NCBI GenBank assembly: GCA_036520715.1
Contig: DATDJF010000353.1
Coordinates: 55-64,054 of the forward strand
DNA length: 64,000 nt
Origin: Burkholderiaceae bacterium
GTDB lineage: Bacteria > Pseudomonadota > Gammaproteobacteria > Burkholderiales > Burkholderiaceae_C
Direction: 5' to 3'
The notes beneath the pieces were generated by a model. It searched no databases. It had not been told where the DNA came from and worked only from the letters and a program-made list of their open reading frames with translations. The stretch's first letter is position 1, and the number at the start of each line of letters is the position of its first letter. Both the position numbers and the translations under genes were made by a program. Positions 1 to 9,595 of this stretch are shown here, piece by piece.

Positions 1-477
1 CTGGCCGTCGGCACTGCCGACCGTGATCACGTGCGCCAGCGCCGGGCAGTCGGCACGCGCGACCAGCACGTTGGCCAGCGCGCCGGCATCGACGATGGCG
101 CAGGCGGCACCGCTGTCGCGCAGCCGGTAGTGCAAGGCATCGGCGCCGAACAGCATCGACAGCGGCATCGCCACCGCGCCGATCATGGACACCGCGATGT
201 GCGCCACCGCGGTGTCGATGCGCTGCGGCAGCACGATCGCCACGCGATCGCCGCGCTGCACGCCCAGCGCGCGCAGCAGGTTGGCGGCGCGGCTCGCCTG
301 CCGGTACAGCTGGCCGTAGCTGACGCGCAGCCGCGCGCCGTTGTCCTGCTCGCAGCGGATCGCCACCGCGTCGGGCGTGTCGCGCGCCCAGCGCGCGCAG
401 CACACCTCGGCGAGGTTGAAGCGCTCGGGCACCTGCCAGCGAAAGCCGCGATAGATCGCGTCGTAGCGATCGGCCAT
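1..477 (-). CDS. AMP-dependent acyl-CoA synthetase/ligase, N-terminal part (continues past window start)
   Basis: My minus-strand translation from the ATG at 477 reads MADRYDAIYRGFRWQVPERFNLAEVCCARWA...GDRVAIVLPQRIDTAVAHIAV. This is typical of the N-terminus of AMP-forming acyl-CoA synthetases. It starts 9 bp after the upstream GNAT stop. Confidence 0.7.
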   Translation of the reverse strand, partial: MADRYDAIYRGFRWQVPERFNLAEVCCARWARDTPDAVAIRCEQDNGARLRVSYGQLYRQASRAANLLRALGVQRGDRVAIVLPQRIDTAVAHIAVSMIGAVAMPLSMLFGADALHYRLRDSGAACAIVDAGALANVLVARADCPALAHVITVGSADGQ

Positions 478-485
478 GACCCTGC

Positions 486-971
486 TCATCGCGCAAACTT
501 CTGCAGCGCGTCGCCAGTGACGCGGCAGATGCGCCACTCCGGCATCACGGTGGCGCCCATGCCTTCGTAGAAGCGGATCGCGTGTTGATTCCAGTCGAGC
601 ACGCTCCATTCGAAGCGGCCGTAGTCGCGCTGCACGGCCAGCGCGCCCAGGTGCTCGAGCAGCGCGCGGCCAAGGCCGCTGCCGCGATGCTCGGGCCTGA
701 CGTAGAGGTCTTCCAGGTACAGCCCGGGCTTGGCCAGGAAGGTCGAGAAATTGGTGAAGTACAGCGCGAACGCGACCACCTCACCGCCGACCTCGCCGAC
801 CACGCACTCGACCACCGGCTTGTCGCCGAACAGGTGCGGGTGCAGCGTCTCCGGGGTCACGCGCAGCAGGTGCGTGAGCTTTTCGAAGTCGGCCAACTCG
901 CCGATCAGGCCGACGATGGCCGCCACGTCGCGCGGCTCGGCGGCGCGCAGCAGGTGCTTGCGGTGGTTCAT
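486..971 (-). CDS. GNAT family N-acetyltransferase
   Basis: 161-aa ORF. It carries an acetyl-CoA binding-type motif RPEHRGSGLGRALL and the family-typical tail WNQHAIRFYEGMGA. Confidence 0.85.
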   Translation of the reverse strand: MNHRKHLLRAAEPRDVAAIVGLIGELADFEKLTHLLRVTPETLHPHLFGDKPVVECVVGEVGGEVVAFALYFTNFSTFLAKPGLYLEDLYVRPEHRGSGLGRALLEHLGALAVQRDYGRFEWSVLDWNQHAIRFYEGMGATVMPEWRICRVTGDALQKFAR

Positions 972-1033
972 GCGGCCATTCTGTCACCGTGCCGACAGCG
1001 GCCGCGGCAGGGCCTGCACTACAGTGGCGGACC

Positions 1034-1954
1034 ATGACCGCGAACACCTATGCCGTGCGCCGGCCGGCGCAGAGCCGCCACGTAGCAGTGCGCGGCCTGC
1101 GCTACCACGTCCATCTGTGGGGCGACCTCGGTGCCGCCACGCGCGAGCGGCCGCTGCTGCTGTGGATGCACGGCTGGATGGACGTCGGTGCGTCGCTGCA
1201 GTTCGTGGTCGACGCGATGCGCGGCGAGCGCGTGATCGCCGCACCCGACTGGCGCGGCTTCGGGCGCACCGCGGCGCCGCCGGCCACCGACAGCTACTGG
1301 TTCGCCGATTACCTGGGTGACCTCGACGCGCTGATCGACGCGCTGTCGCCGTCGTGGCCGCTCGACCTCGCGGGCCACAGCATGGGCGGCAACGTGGTGA
1401 TGACCTACGCCGGCGCGCGGCCCGAGCGCATCCGCCGTCTCGTCAACATGGAGGGCTTCGGCCTGCCGCAGGCCAACCCGGACCAGGCACCCGACCGCCT
1501 GCGCCAGTGGCTCGACGAGTTGAAGACGGCGCAGCGCCTGAAGCCCTATGCCACCCTGGCCGATGTGGCCGCCCGGCTGGTGAAGAACAACCCCCGTCTG
1601 AACACCGGGCACGCCGCCTGGCTGGCGGCGCACTGGTCGGAGCGCCGCGACGACGGCCAGTGGCACGTGCTCGGCGACCCGGCGCACAAGCGCGTCAACC
1701 CCTACCTGTACCGCAAGGACGAGATCCTCGAAGGCTGGAAGCGCATCGGCGCGCCGCTGCTGTGGATCGAAGGCGACGAGACCGACCCCGACCGCTGGTG
1801 GGGCCACCGTTACCCGCGCAGCGAGTTCGAGGCGCGCCTCGCGCTCGTGCGCCACGTGCAGCGCGTGCGCCTGAGCCCGTGCGGCCACATGCTGCACTTC
1901 GACCAGCCGCAGGCACTGGCGGCGGCGATCGAGCGCTTTCTCGACGCGCCGTGA
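1034..1954 (+). CDS. alpha/beta-fold hydrolase
   Basis: It lies in ORF 989..1954, with Met16 (MTANTYAV) the likely start. It has an HGWMD oxyanion-type motif, a GHSMGG nucleophile elbow and a C-terminal GHMLHFDQP. Confidence 0.8.
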   Translation: MTANTYAVRRPAQSRHVAVRGLRYHVHLWGDLGAATRERPLLLWMHGWMDVGASLQFVVDAMRGERVIAAPDWRGFGRTAAPPATDSYWFADYLGDLDALIDALSPSWPLDLAGHSMGGNVVMTYAGARPERIRRLVNMEGFGLPQANPDQAPDRLRQWLDELKTAQRLKPYATLADVAARLVKNNPRLNTGHAAWLAAHWSERRDDGQWHVLGDPAHKRVNPYLYRKDEILEGWKRIGAPLLWIEGDETDPDRWWGHRYPRSEFEARLALVRHVQRVRLSPCGHMLHFDQPQALAAAIERFLDAP

Positions 1955-2734
1955 TCAGGCGGCCGCGGGCGGCGCGCCGATCATCTGCAGGATCAGGTCG
2001 AGCAGGCGCGGCACCTCGCGCGGCCCGCTGATGAAGTAGCGCGCCGCCGACTCCGGGTGGTCGGCGCCCACGCGCACGGTGAGCCAGGTCGGCTCGCGGG
2101 CGGCGAACACCGACTCGTCGTTGACGTCGTCGCCCAGGTAGAGCACGGCCTGCGCGTCGGCCCGCTGGGCGAGGCGGCGCAGCGCCGCGGCCTTGTCGTC
2201 GGCGGCCTCGGCGACGACGTTGACGACCATCTTGCCGCCGAACACGTGCAGGTCGGGATCGGCGGCCTCGAGCAGGCGATCGATCAGCGCCGCCGCCGCC
2301 GCACGATCGGGCGCCAGGCGATAGTGCAGCGCCAGCGAAGCGCCCTTGTCTTCCACGCTGACACCGGCCTGCCGCAGCTCGGCGCCCGCCCCGCGCAGGC
2401 GATCGCGCACGCCGTCGAGTGCGGCGTGCCACTCCGGCCGCTCGCCGTGCTGCGGATCCTCGGCGCCGTGGCTGCCCACCACGTGCGCCGGCTCGAAGCC
2501 CAGGCGGCTGCGCAGGTCGGCCACGGTGCGCCCGGAGATCACCGCCAGCGGCAACTGCTGGGTCAGCCGATGCAGGCGGCGCAGCGTGGTGATCGGCACG
2601 CGCGCCTGCGACGGCCGCGCGACGATCGGCGCCAGCGTGCCGTCGAAGTCGAATGCGAGCAGCGGTCGGCGCTCCACCAGCCACGCCAGGTCGGACTCGC
2701 CCTCGGCGCTGAACAGGTGGCGCATCGCCGTCAC
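1955..2734 (-). CDS. otsB: trehalose-6-phosphate phosphatase
   Basis: HAD motif LLAFDFDGTLAP and the later GDDVNDE. The start overlaps the otsA stop (GTGA). An alternative ATG lies at 2725. Confidence 0.85.
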   Translation of the reverse strand: MTAMRHLFSAEGESDLAWLVERRPLLAFDFDGTLAPIVARPSQARVPITTLRRLHRLTQQLPLAVISGRTVADLRSRLGFEPAHVVGSHGAEDPQHGERPEWHAALDGVRDRLRGAGAELRQAGVSVEDKGASLALHYRLAPDRAAAAALIDRLLEAADPDLHVFGGKMVVNVVAEAADDKAAALRRLAQRADAQAVLYLGDDVNDESVFAAREPTWLTVRVGADHPESAARYFISGPREVPRLLDLILQMIGAPPAAA

Positions 2735-4965
2735 GACTGCGTGTAGCGCTGCACGCGCGCCTCGATGCGCGCGCGCATGCGCCAGCGCCCGGCATCGGCC
2801 AGCATGCGGCCCGCCCAGCGGTAGACGTTGGACTCGCGCACCGTCATGCGCAGGGCCCCCATGCGCTCGCGCTGCTCGGCCGCCGGCATGGTGGCGGCGC
2901 GGCGCAGGGCATCGGCCAGTTCCTCCACGTGGTACGGGTTGACGATCAGCGCCTCGGTCAGCTCACGCGCGGCGCCGGCGAAACGGCTCAGGATCAGCAC
3001 GCCCTGCTCGTCGTCGCGCGCGGCGACGAACTCCTTGCTCACCAGGTTCATGCCGTCGTGCAGGCTCGTCACCACGCACATGTCGGCGGCGCGAAACAGC
3101 TCGTTCAGTGCGTCGCGCTCGTGATGCTCGACCAGCAGGTGGATCGGCAGGTAGCCCTCGGCGCCGAAGCGCTGATTGATGCGGTCGCTGACGCGCTGGA
3201 TGCGTTCGCGAAAGCTGCGGTATTCGTCGAGATCGCTGCGTGTGGGTGCCGCCACCTGCACGAACACCAGGCGGCCGCGCCATTCGGCGCGCTTCTCGAG
3301 CAGGCTCTCCACCGCGCGCAGCCGCTCCAGGATGCCCTTGGTGTAGTCGAAGCGGTCCACCCCCACCGCCAGGCAGCTGTCGGGAGCGAGCTGCAGGCGC
3401 TCGAACACGCGGCGCCGGCACTCCGCCACCGGCGGCCAACGGGCCGTGTCCTTCGGCGTCGGCCACTCGATGGAGATCGGGTAACTCTCGATCAGCGTCT
3501 CCTTGTCCTGGTAGGAGATCGACGAGTGCTCGTGTTCGATGCGCGCCTCGAGGTAGCGGTCGACCGTCTCGATGAAGTTCTTGCAGTGAAAGCGCGTGTG
3601 AAACCCGAGGATCGTGCTGCCCAGCATGCCCTGCAGGATCTCGCGCCCCCACGGGCAGATGCCGAACGACTCCGGGTTCGGCCACGGGATGTGCCAGAAC
3701 GCGAGGATGGTGGCGCGCGGCAACTGCGCGGCGATCATCTGCGGCAGCAGCGCGAAGTGGTAGTCCTGCACCAGAACCACCGGGTCTTCGCCGCGCGCCT
3801 CCTGCACCACCGCATCGGCAAAACGCTGGTTGACGATGCGGTACTGCTCCCAGTCGGACTCGCGGAACACCGGCCGCACGTGCGCCGCGTGGCACAGCGG
3901 CCACAGGCCCTCGTTGGCAAAGCCGTAGTAGTAGCCCTGCTCCTCCTGCTCGGTCATCCAGACGCGGCGCAGCCAGTAGTCGGGCGCCGATGGCGGCACG
4001 CCCAGGCGGTCGCGCGCATCGACCACCTCGCGGTCGGCGCTGCCGCTGCCGTGCGCGATCCAGGTGCCCGAGCAGGCGCGCATCACCGGCTCCACCGCGG
4101 TCACCAGGCCGCTGGCCGGCCGCTTGACGATCACGCCATTGGGTCCACGCTCGTGGATGTAGGGCTCGCGGTTGGACACCACGATCACCTGGTCGCCGCG
4201 CAACTGCGTGTGCAGCAGGGCGCGCAAGCGTTCCGGGTTCCATTCGGTCACCAGGCCCTGGCTGCGGCGGAACTCGTCTTCCAGGTCGCGCAATCGCGCG
4301 CGCACCTCGGTGACCACCGGCTGCAGCTCCGGCGGCGGCGCCAACAGCGGACGGATCAGCCCTTCGCCGCGCAGGATGGCGTGCATGCCCGAGACCCAGC
4401 CGCGCCAGCTGAGCTGGGCCACGATCACCGTGATCAGCGCCACCACCAGCCCGAGGCCAGTCATGAAGATCACCAGGTACTGCCTGGTGTCCTGGCTACG
4501 CCGGTCGACGAAGCTCATGTCGTGCAGCAGCACCAGTGTGCCGGCGTTGGCGCGCTCGATGCTTGCCGGATGCACGCCGACGTGCACCGCACCGGTGGGC
4601 AGCTCCAGCCGTTGGTCGGGTTGGCGCGACGCCTCGCGGGCGGTCGCGCACTTCAGGCTCACCGGATAGGCGGCGCTGTGGCGCACCAGCTCATCGGTGG
4701 TGGAGCACAGCGCGATGGCGACCAGGCGCTCGTCGCGCGCCGAGCGATCGAACAGCGCCTGCAGCCGGGCCGACGAGCCGCTCTTGATCGCATCGTCGAC
4801 GGCGTCGGCCAGCGTGCCGGCCACCAGCGTGCCGCGCGTGTTGAGATCGCGCGAGAACCAGCGCAAGGTGAGCTGGTCCATCAGCGGCAACACCACCAGG
4901 GCCGCCACCACCAGCGCGATCAGCAGCGGAATCAGGAAGCGAAGCTGCAGTTGTAAGGTTTTCAT
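2731..4965 (-). CDS. otsA: alpha,alpha-trehalose-phosphate synthase (GT20) with N-terminal two-TM extension
   Basis: The GT20 core (VIVVSNREPY..., GFANEGLWPLCH, FWHIPWP, TSLHDGMNLVSKEF) is preceded by MKTLQLQLRFLIPLLIALVVAALVV. The start at 4965 is in frame with the 1344-aa track ORF, whose upstream 600 aa are antisense to the GH15 gene. Confidence 0.85.
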   Translation of the reverse strand: MKTLQLQLRFLIPLLIALVVAALVVLPLMDQLTLRWFSRDLNTRGTLVAGTLADAVDDAIKSGSSARLQALFDRSARDERLVAIALCSTTDELVRHSAAYPVSLKCATAREASRQPDQRLELPTGAVHVGVHPASIERANAGTLVLLHDMSFVDRRSQDTRQYLVIFMTGLGLVVALITVIVAQLSWRGWVSGMHAILRGEGLIRPLLAPPPELQPVVTEVRARLRDLEDEFRRSQGLVTEWNPERLRALLHTQLRGDQVIVVSNREPYIHERGPNGVIVKRPASGLVTAVEPVMRACSGTWIAHGSGSADREVVDARDRLGVPPSAPDYWLRRVWMTEQEEQGYYYGFANEGLWPLCHAAHVRPVFRESDWEQYRIVNQRFADAVVQEARGEDPVVLVQDYHFALLPQMIAAQLPRATILAFWHIPWPNPESFGICPWGREILQGMLGSTILGFHTRFHCKNFIETVDRYLEARIEHEHSSISYQDKETLIESYPISIEWPTPKDTARWPPVAECRRRVFERLQLAPDSCLAVGVDRFDYTKGILERLRAVESLLEKRAEWRGRLVFVQVAAPTRSDLDEYRSFRERIQRVSDRINQRFGAEGYLPIHLLVEHHERDALNELFRAADMCVVTSLHDGMNLVSKEFVAARDDEQGVLILSRFAGAARELTEALIVNPYHVEELADALRRAATMPAAEQRERMGALRMTVRESNVYRWAGRMLADAGRWRMRARIEARVQRYTQS

Positions 4966-5049
4966 CGGGTGGCTATTGTTCGCGCAACCGCAAAAACCTG
5001 CAGCGTCGTTTTGGCACCATGCGAACCGGCGCACCGCCTGGCAATCCCC

Positions 5050-6906
5050 ATGCCCGAAAACAATCCAACGCAAAACAAACCCGACGCCCAGGCCACCGAC
5101 AGTCGCGTGCAGGGGCAGCCCGGGCCCAGCCTGAACCTGGCGATGATCGGCAACTGCGCGGTGAGCGCGTTGTTGGACAGCCACGCCCGCATCGTTTGGT
5201 GCTGCATGCCGCGCTTCGACGGTGACCCGGTGTTCCACGCCCTGCTCGGTGCGTCGAGCGTCGGCGCCGACGATGGTCACTGCAGCATCGAGCTGGAGTC
5301 GATGGTGCGCACCGAGCAGGCCTACGACCCCGGCACCGCGATCGTGCGCACGCGGCTGTACGACGCTTCCGGCCAGGGCATCGAGGTCACCGACTTCGCG
5401 CCGCGCTTCAGCCTGCACGAACGCACTTTCCGGCCGGCCCAGCTCGTGCGCCGCGTGCGGCCGCTCAACGGCCACCCGCGGGTGCGCATCGTGGTGCGGC
5501 CGCGTGGCGAATGGGGCAGCATCACGCCGGCGCTGACCCGCGGCAGCAACCACCTGCGCTTCGTGATGCCGGCGATGACGCTGCGCCTGAACACCAGCGC
5601 GCCGCCCACCTACGTGGCCGCCGGCACCTGGTTTTCGCTGCACTCGCCGGTGAGCCTGCTGATCGGACCCGACGAGACGCTGTCGGGCGACATCGAAGAC
5701 ACCGCGCGCGACTTCGAGGAGAAGACCTCGCTGTACTGGCGCCAGTGGACGCGACGGCTGGCGCTGCCGCTGGAGTGGCAGGACGCGGTGATCCGTGCCG
5801 CCATCACGCTGAAGATGTGCCAATTCGAGGAGACCGGCGCCATCGTGGCGGCGATGACCACCAGCATCCCCGAGGCGCCCGACAGCGGCCGCAACTGGGA
5901 CTACCGCTACTGCTGGCTGCGCGACGCCTTCTTCGTGGTGCGCGCGCTCAACGCCCTCTCCGAAGTGGGCACGATGGAAGACTACCTGCGCTGGCTGCAC
6001 GACGTGGTGCGCGACACCGACGGCCACGTGCAGCCGCTGTACGGCATCGCCCTGGAGCGCGAGCTCACCGAGCACGTGGTCACCACGCTGCCGGGTTATG
6101 CCGGCATGGGGCCGGTGCGCACCGGCAACCAGGCGTTCGAGCACTTCCAGCACGACGTCTACGGCAACATCGTGCTCGGCGCATCGCAGGCCTTCCACGA
6201 TCACCGCCTGTTCCGGCGCGCCGACCGGCGCGACTTCGAGCTGCTCGAGCACGTCGGCGACCAGGCCTGGCAGCTGCACGCACAACCCGACGCCGGCATG
6301 TGGGAGTTGCGCACACGCGCGCGCATCCACACCTCGTCGTCGCTGATGTGCTGGGCCGCCTGCGACCGCCTGGCCAAGGCGGCGGTTGCGCTGGCGCTGC
6401 CCGAGCGCGCGCACCACTGGCGCGAACGCGCCGACCAGGTGCGCGAGCGCATCCTGCGCTCGGCCTGGAGCGACGAGCGGCAGGCGTTCGTCGAGAGCTT
6501 CGGCGGCAAGGACCTCGACGCCAGCGTGCTGCTGATGGCCGAGGTCGGCTTCCTGGAGGCCCACGATCCGCGCTTCATCAGCACCGTCGAGGCGCTCGAC
6601 CGCACGCTCAGCGACGGCGCGTTCATGCGGCGCTACGAGGCCGCCGACGACTTCGGGCGGCCGCAGACGGCGTTCAACGTGTGCGCGTTCTGGCGGGTCG
6701 ACGCGCTGGCCCGCATCGGCCGCCTCGAGCAGGCGCGCGACAGCTTCGAGGCCTTGCTGGCGCACCGCAATCCGATGGGCCTGCTGTCGGAGGACATCGA
6801 CCCCAAGACCGGGCAGTTGTGGGGCAACTTCCCGCAGACCTATTCGATGGTGGGCATCATCAACTGCGCGATGCAGTTGTCCAGGCCCTGGGACGTGGTG
6901 GTCTGA
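5050..6906 (+). CDS. glycoside hydrolase family 15 (glucoamylase/trehalase-like)
   Basis: Motifs LNLAMIGNCAVSALLD, NWDYRYCWLRDAFF and GNFPQTYSMVGIIN are typical of bacterial GH15. It is divergent from otsBA, with Met28 of ORF 4969..6906 as the start. Confidence 0.85.
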   Translation: MPENNPTQNKPDAQATDSRVQGQPGPSLNLAMIGNCAVSALLDSHARIVWCCMPRFDGDPVFHALLGASSVGADDGHCSIELESMVRTEQAYDPGTAIVRTRLYDASGQGIEVTDFAPRFSLHERTFRPAQLVRRVRPLNGHPRVRIVVRPRGEWGSITPALTRGSNHLRFVMPAMTLRLNTSAPPTYVAAGTWFSLHSPVSLLIGPDETLSGDIEDTARDFEEKTSLYWRQWTRRLALPLEWQDAVIRAAITLKMCQFEETGAIVAAMTTSIPEAPDSGRNWDYRYCWLRDAFFVVRALNALSEVGTMEDYLRWLHDVVRDTDGHVQPLYGIALERELTEHVVTTLPGYAGMGPVRTGNQAFEHFQHDVYGNIVLGASQAFHDHRLFRRADRRDFELLEHVGDQAWQLHAQPDAGMWELRTRARIHTSSSLMCWAACDRLAKAAVALALPERAHHWRERADQVRERILRSAWSDERQAFVESFGGKDLDASVLLMAEVGFLEAHDPRFISTVEALDRTLSDGAFMRRYEAADDFGRPQTAFNVCAFWRVDALARIGRLEQARDSFEALLAHRNPMGLLSEDIDPKTGQLWGNFPQTYSMVGIINCAMQLSRPWDVVV

Positions 6907-6915
6907 CGCGCTTTC

Positions 6916-7569
6916 TCAACGCACGAGCCATCGCCGCGATGCGGCAAGCGCGCGCACGGCGGCGATGCGCGGTGTCCCCACTTGCGACGCCAGCGTCGGC
7001 CACAAGTGCAGCAGCAGCTCGGCAGTGGCCAGCGTGTCGGCCGCCGCCTGGTGCCGGCGCGCGCAGGGGATGCGAAAGTGCGCCAGCCAGTCGTCGAGCG
7101 CCCGCGCGCGCACCTGCGGATGCAGCACCGCGGCCAGCGGCTCCAGGTCGAGCCACGGATTGGCCAGGCGAGGCAAGCCGGCCGCGCCGATGCCGCGCTC
7201 GATCAGCGTGCGGTCGAAGGCGGCGTGAAAGGCCACCAGCGGTGAGCGCGCGACGAAGCGCGTGAACGCCTGCAGCGCGGCCGTTGCCGCGACGCCGGCA
7301 CTCTGTGCGCCGACGCCGATGCCATGCAGCAGGATGTTCGCCTTGTCGGGCGCCGTGTCGGCAGGCTGCGCCAACACCACCTCGAAGCTGTCGGCCAGCG
7401 CGATGCGCGGACGCTGCCGGTCGTCGACGGCCACCGCGAGCGCGGCGATCGCCAGCAGGCGGTCGCGCGACGCATCGAGCCCGCTGGCCTCGACGTCGAG
7501 CACGATCCAGCGCGTGTCGTCGACCGCCGGGCTGTCGTGCCGGGCCCGCAGCCAACGCCACCAGCTCAC
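6916..7569 (-). CDS. DEDDh 3'-5' exonuclease (DnaQ/epsilon-like domain protein)
   Basis: Exo I is VLDVEASGLD, Exo II is FHAAFDRTLI, and Exo III is HQAAADTLATAELL (H-x4-D). Confidence 0.8.
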   Translation of the reverse strand: MSWWRWLRARHDSPAVDDTRWIVLDVEASGLDASRDRLLAIAALAVAVDDRQRPRIALADSFEVVLAQPADTAPDKANILLHGIGVGAQSAGVAATAALQAFTRFVARSPLVAFHAAFDRTLIERGIGAAGLPRLANPWLDLEPLAAVLHPQVRARALDDWLAHFRIPCARRHQAAADTLATAELLLHLWPTLASQVGTPRIAAVRALAASRRWLVR

Positions 7570-7615
7570 GAGCGAAGCCGCCGACGGTTGCTGGGCTGCT
7601 GATGGCGGGCCATCT

Positions 7616-9508
7616 TCAGCGCCGGTAGTCGAGCTCGATGCGTTGTTGCAGCGAGCGCGCGATGCGCAGGCACTCCTTCAGCACGCGGCGGTCGATCGGG
7701 TTGAGCGTCGCGACGTCGATCTCGTTGGGTGCGGTCGCGGGGTCGCGCGTGTCGTCGAGTTGCACGCGCAGGCGCAGCATCTGCAGGAACTCGAAGGCCG
7801 CCACCGCCGACTCGCCTTCGGCCGGCGGCAGCCGCAGCGTTTGCGCCGCCGCCAGCAGCCGCTCGCGCGTGCTCGACGCATCCAGGCCGTGCGCCAGCGC
7901 GTGCAGCCGCGCCGCGTCGACGAACAGTGCGGTGCCGCGCAGCTTGAGGTCGAGCACCTCGCGGCCGTCGACGTGGCGCGTTTCGATGGCGCCCAGCCAG
8001 TTCAGCGGCGCTTCGTGGCGCAGCGCGTTGTCGGCCAGCTGCTTGATGAAGCGCGGCACGCGCGGCGGCTCGCGCAGCAGCAACTCGCGCAACGGCAACG
8101 CGAGTTCCAGCCTGCCGGCCAGCGGCCGCAGGTCGAAGAAGATGCTGGCGTTCAGCAGATCCTGCGGCGCGCCGTGCTCGATCCAGTGCGCGAAGCGGGC
8201 CAGCCACTCGTCCACCGACAGGCAGCACGCCGGGTTGCTGGCCATCACGTTGCCCTTGCACAGCAGATAGCCGCAGGCGTCGAGCGCGTCGTTGACGGTG
8301 CGCGCGAAACGTAGCCATGCCGGGCGCTCGGCCTGCGGGTTGTTGCTCGCGAACACCAGGCCGTTGTCCTGGTCGGTGGCCACCGTCTGTTCGCTGCGGC
8401 CCTCGGAGCCGAACGCCAGCCAGCAGGCCGCCTGCAGGTCCACACCCTGCTCGCGCGCCAGCATCTGCACCAGTGCGACGGTCAGCACGTCGTTGAGGTG
8501 GCTGATCAGCTCGGTCAACTGGCGAGCCTGCACGCCCTGGCCGAGCAGGTTGCGCGCGAACTGCCGGATCTCTGCCGCCGCCTGCCGCAGCGACGCCAGA
8601 TCGGTCGCGGCGCCGATGCGGGTGGACAACTGCTTCAGCGACAGCCGCTGCAACGCGAAGAGATCACGCTCCGACACGATGTTGACCAGCCGCGCGCCGT
8701 GGCACACCGGCACGTGACGCACGGCGTGGCGCGACATCAGCATCGCCGCGTCGTGCAGAGTGGCCGCATCGTCGAGCCAATGCACCGGCGTGCTCATCAC
8801 CGCGCCGACCGGCGTGGACAACGCCAATTGCGGCAGCGTGACGCGGCCGAGGATGTCGTGCCGCGTCAGGATGCCCTGCGGCGCCTGCTGCGCGTCCACC
8901 ACCACCACCGAGCCAACGCGCCGCTCGTGCATCTGCGCCAGCGCCTGCGCCAGTGGCGCATCGGCGGTGCAGGCTAGCGGCTGGCGGCGCGGCAGCGTGG
9001 CCAGCCGCGCTTCGAGCGATTGCTGCTGCAGCGCTTCGGAGGCATAACTCTCGCGCATCGCCTGGCGCGCCAGCTCGAAGAAGTGCAGCGCGCGGCGCTC
9101 CAGGTAGTCGGCGAACGGCGGGCTGGCCAGCGCCAGCGGCTTCACCGCGTCGGCCGGCAGCAGCAGGCAGAAACAATCGTCGCTGGCGGTGTAGGTGGCG
9201 CTCACCGGCTTGGCACCCATCAGCGCCCCCACCGGGAACAGATCGCCCGCTTCGTACTGCACGCCGCCGGCGAGCTCGGCCATGCCGCGTCGCGCGGTGA
9301 TGTGGCCCTGGCGCAGCAGGTGCAAGCCGGCGACCGGCCCCATCGCCGGCTCGAGCACCACTTCGCCGGGTGCGTAGTACACCTCGCTGGCCGCCGCGGC
9401 GAACTGCCGCACGTGCGCCACCTGCATCTGCGCGAACGGCGCATGGCGCATCAACTCGCCACACAGGTTGTGGAGCAGGTTCGGCGACGGCGTCGTGGGG
9501 GCGTTCAA
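7616..9508 (-). CDS. cyclic-nucleotide-binding / CBS pair / DUF294 nucleotidyltransferase protein
   Basis: The N-terminus is cNMP-binding-like and is followed by two CBS-like stretches (VVVVD..GILTRHDIL; LVNIVSERDL). The nucleotidyltransferase motif is GSEGRSEQTVATDQDNGLVF, followed by a DUF294_C-like tail. The start is uncertain: TTG at 9508 after GAAGGA, versus the maximal ORF start at 9574 or the ATG at 9451. Confidence 0.8.
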   Translation of the reverse strand: MNAPTTPSPNLLHNLCGELMRHAPFAQMQVAHVRQFAAAASEVYYAPGEVVLEPAMGPVAGLHLLRQGHITARRGMAELAGGVQYEAGDLFPVGALMGAKPVSATYTASDDCFCLLLPADAVKPLALASPPFADYLERRALHFFELARQAMRESYASEALQQQSLEARLATLPRRQPLACTADAPLAQALAQMHERRVGSVVVVDAQQAPQGILTRHDILGRVTLPQLALSTPVGAVMSTPVHWLDDAATLHDAAMLMSRHAVRHVPVCHGARLVNIVSERDLFALQRLSLKQLSTRIGAATDLASLRQAAAEIRQFARNLLGQGVQARQLTELISHLNDVLTVALVQMLAREQGVDLQAACWLAFGSEGRSEQTVATDQDNGLVFASNNPQAERPAWLRFARTVNDALDACGYLLCKGNVMASNPACCLSVDEWLARFAHWIEHGAPQDLLNASIFFDLRPLAGRLELALPLRELLLREPPRVPRFIKQLADNALRHEAPLNWLGAIETRHVDGREVLDLKLRGTALFVDAARLHALAHGLDASSTRERLLAAAQTLRLPPAEGESAVAAFEFLQMLRLRVQLDDTRDPATAPNEIDVATLNPIDRRVLKECLRIARSLQQRIELDYRR

Positions 9509-9595
9509 TGGGCATCCTTCGCGCTGCGCGCTCCGGAATTCGCGTTCGGAGCGGCCGGGCGGCTCATGACGCACCGAGCCGGCGCCCGGCCAGGC

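Noticed and set aside
31-570. A 179-aa plus-strand ORF at the window start
   Set aside because: It is antisense to the acyl-CoA synthetase N-terminus and the GNAT C-terminus. Its composition is His/Arg/Ala-rich.
5012-5030. TGGCAC in the otsA / GH15 divergent region, considered as a sigma-54 -24 element
   Set aside because: The expected -12 TTGC/TGC element at the correct spacing is absent (the sequence is TGGCACcatgcGAAC). It is therefore not supported.
4966-6765. The upstream 600 codons of the 1344-aa minus-strand track ORF (2731..6765)
   Set aside because: This part is exactly antisense to the well-supported GH15 gene. Its composition is Arg/Ala/Gly/His-rich with no motifs. The recognisable OtsA protein begins at the internal Met at 4965. 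It is the usual long open antisense frame seen in high-GC DNA.
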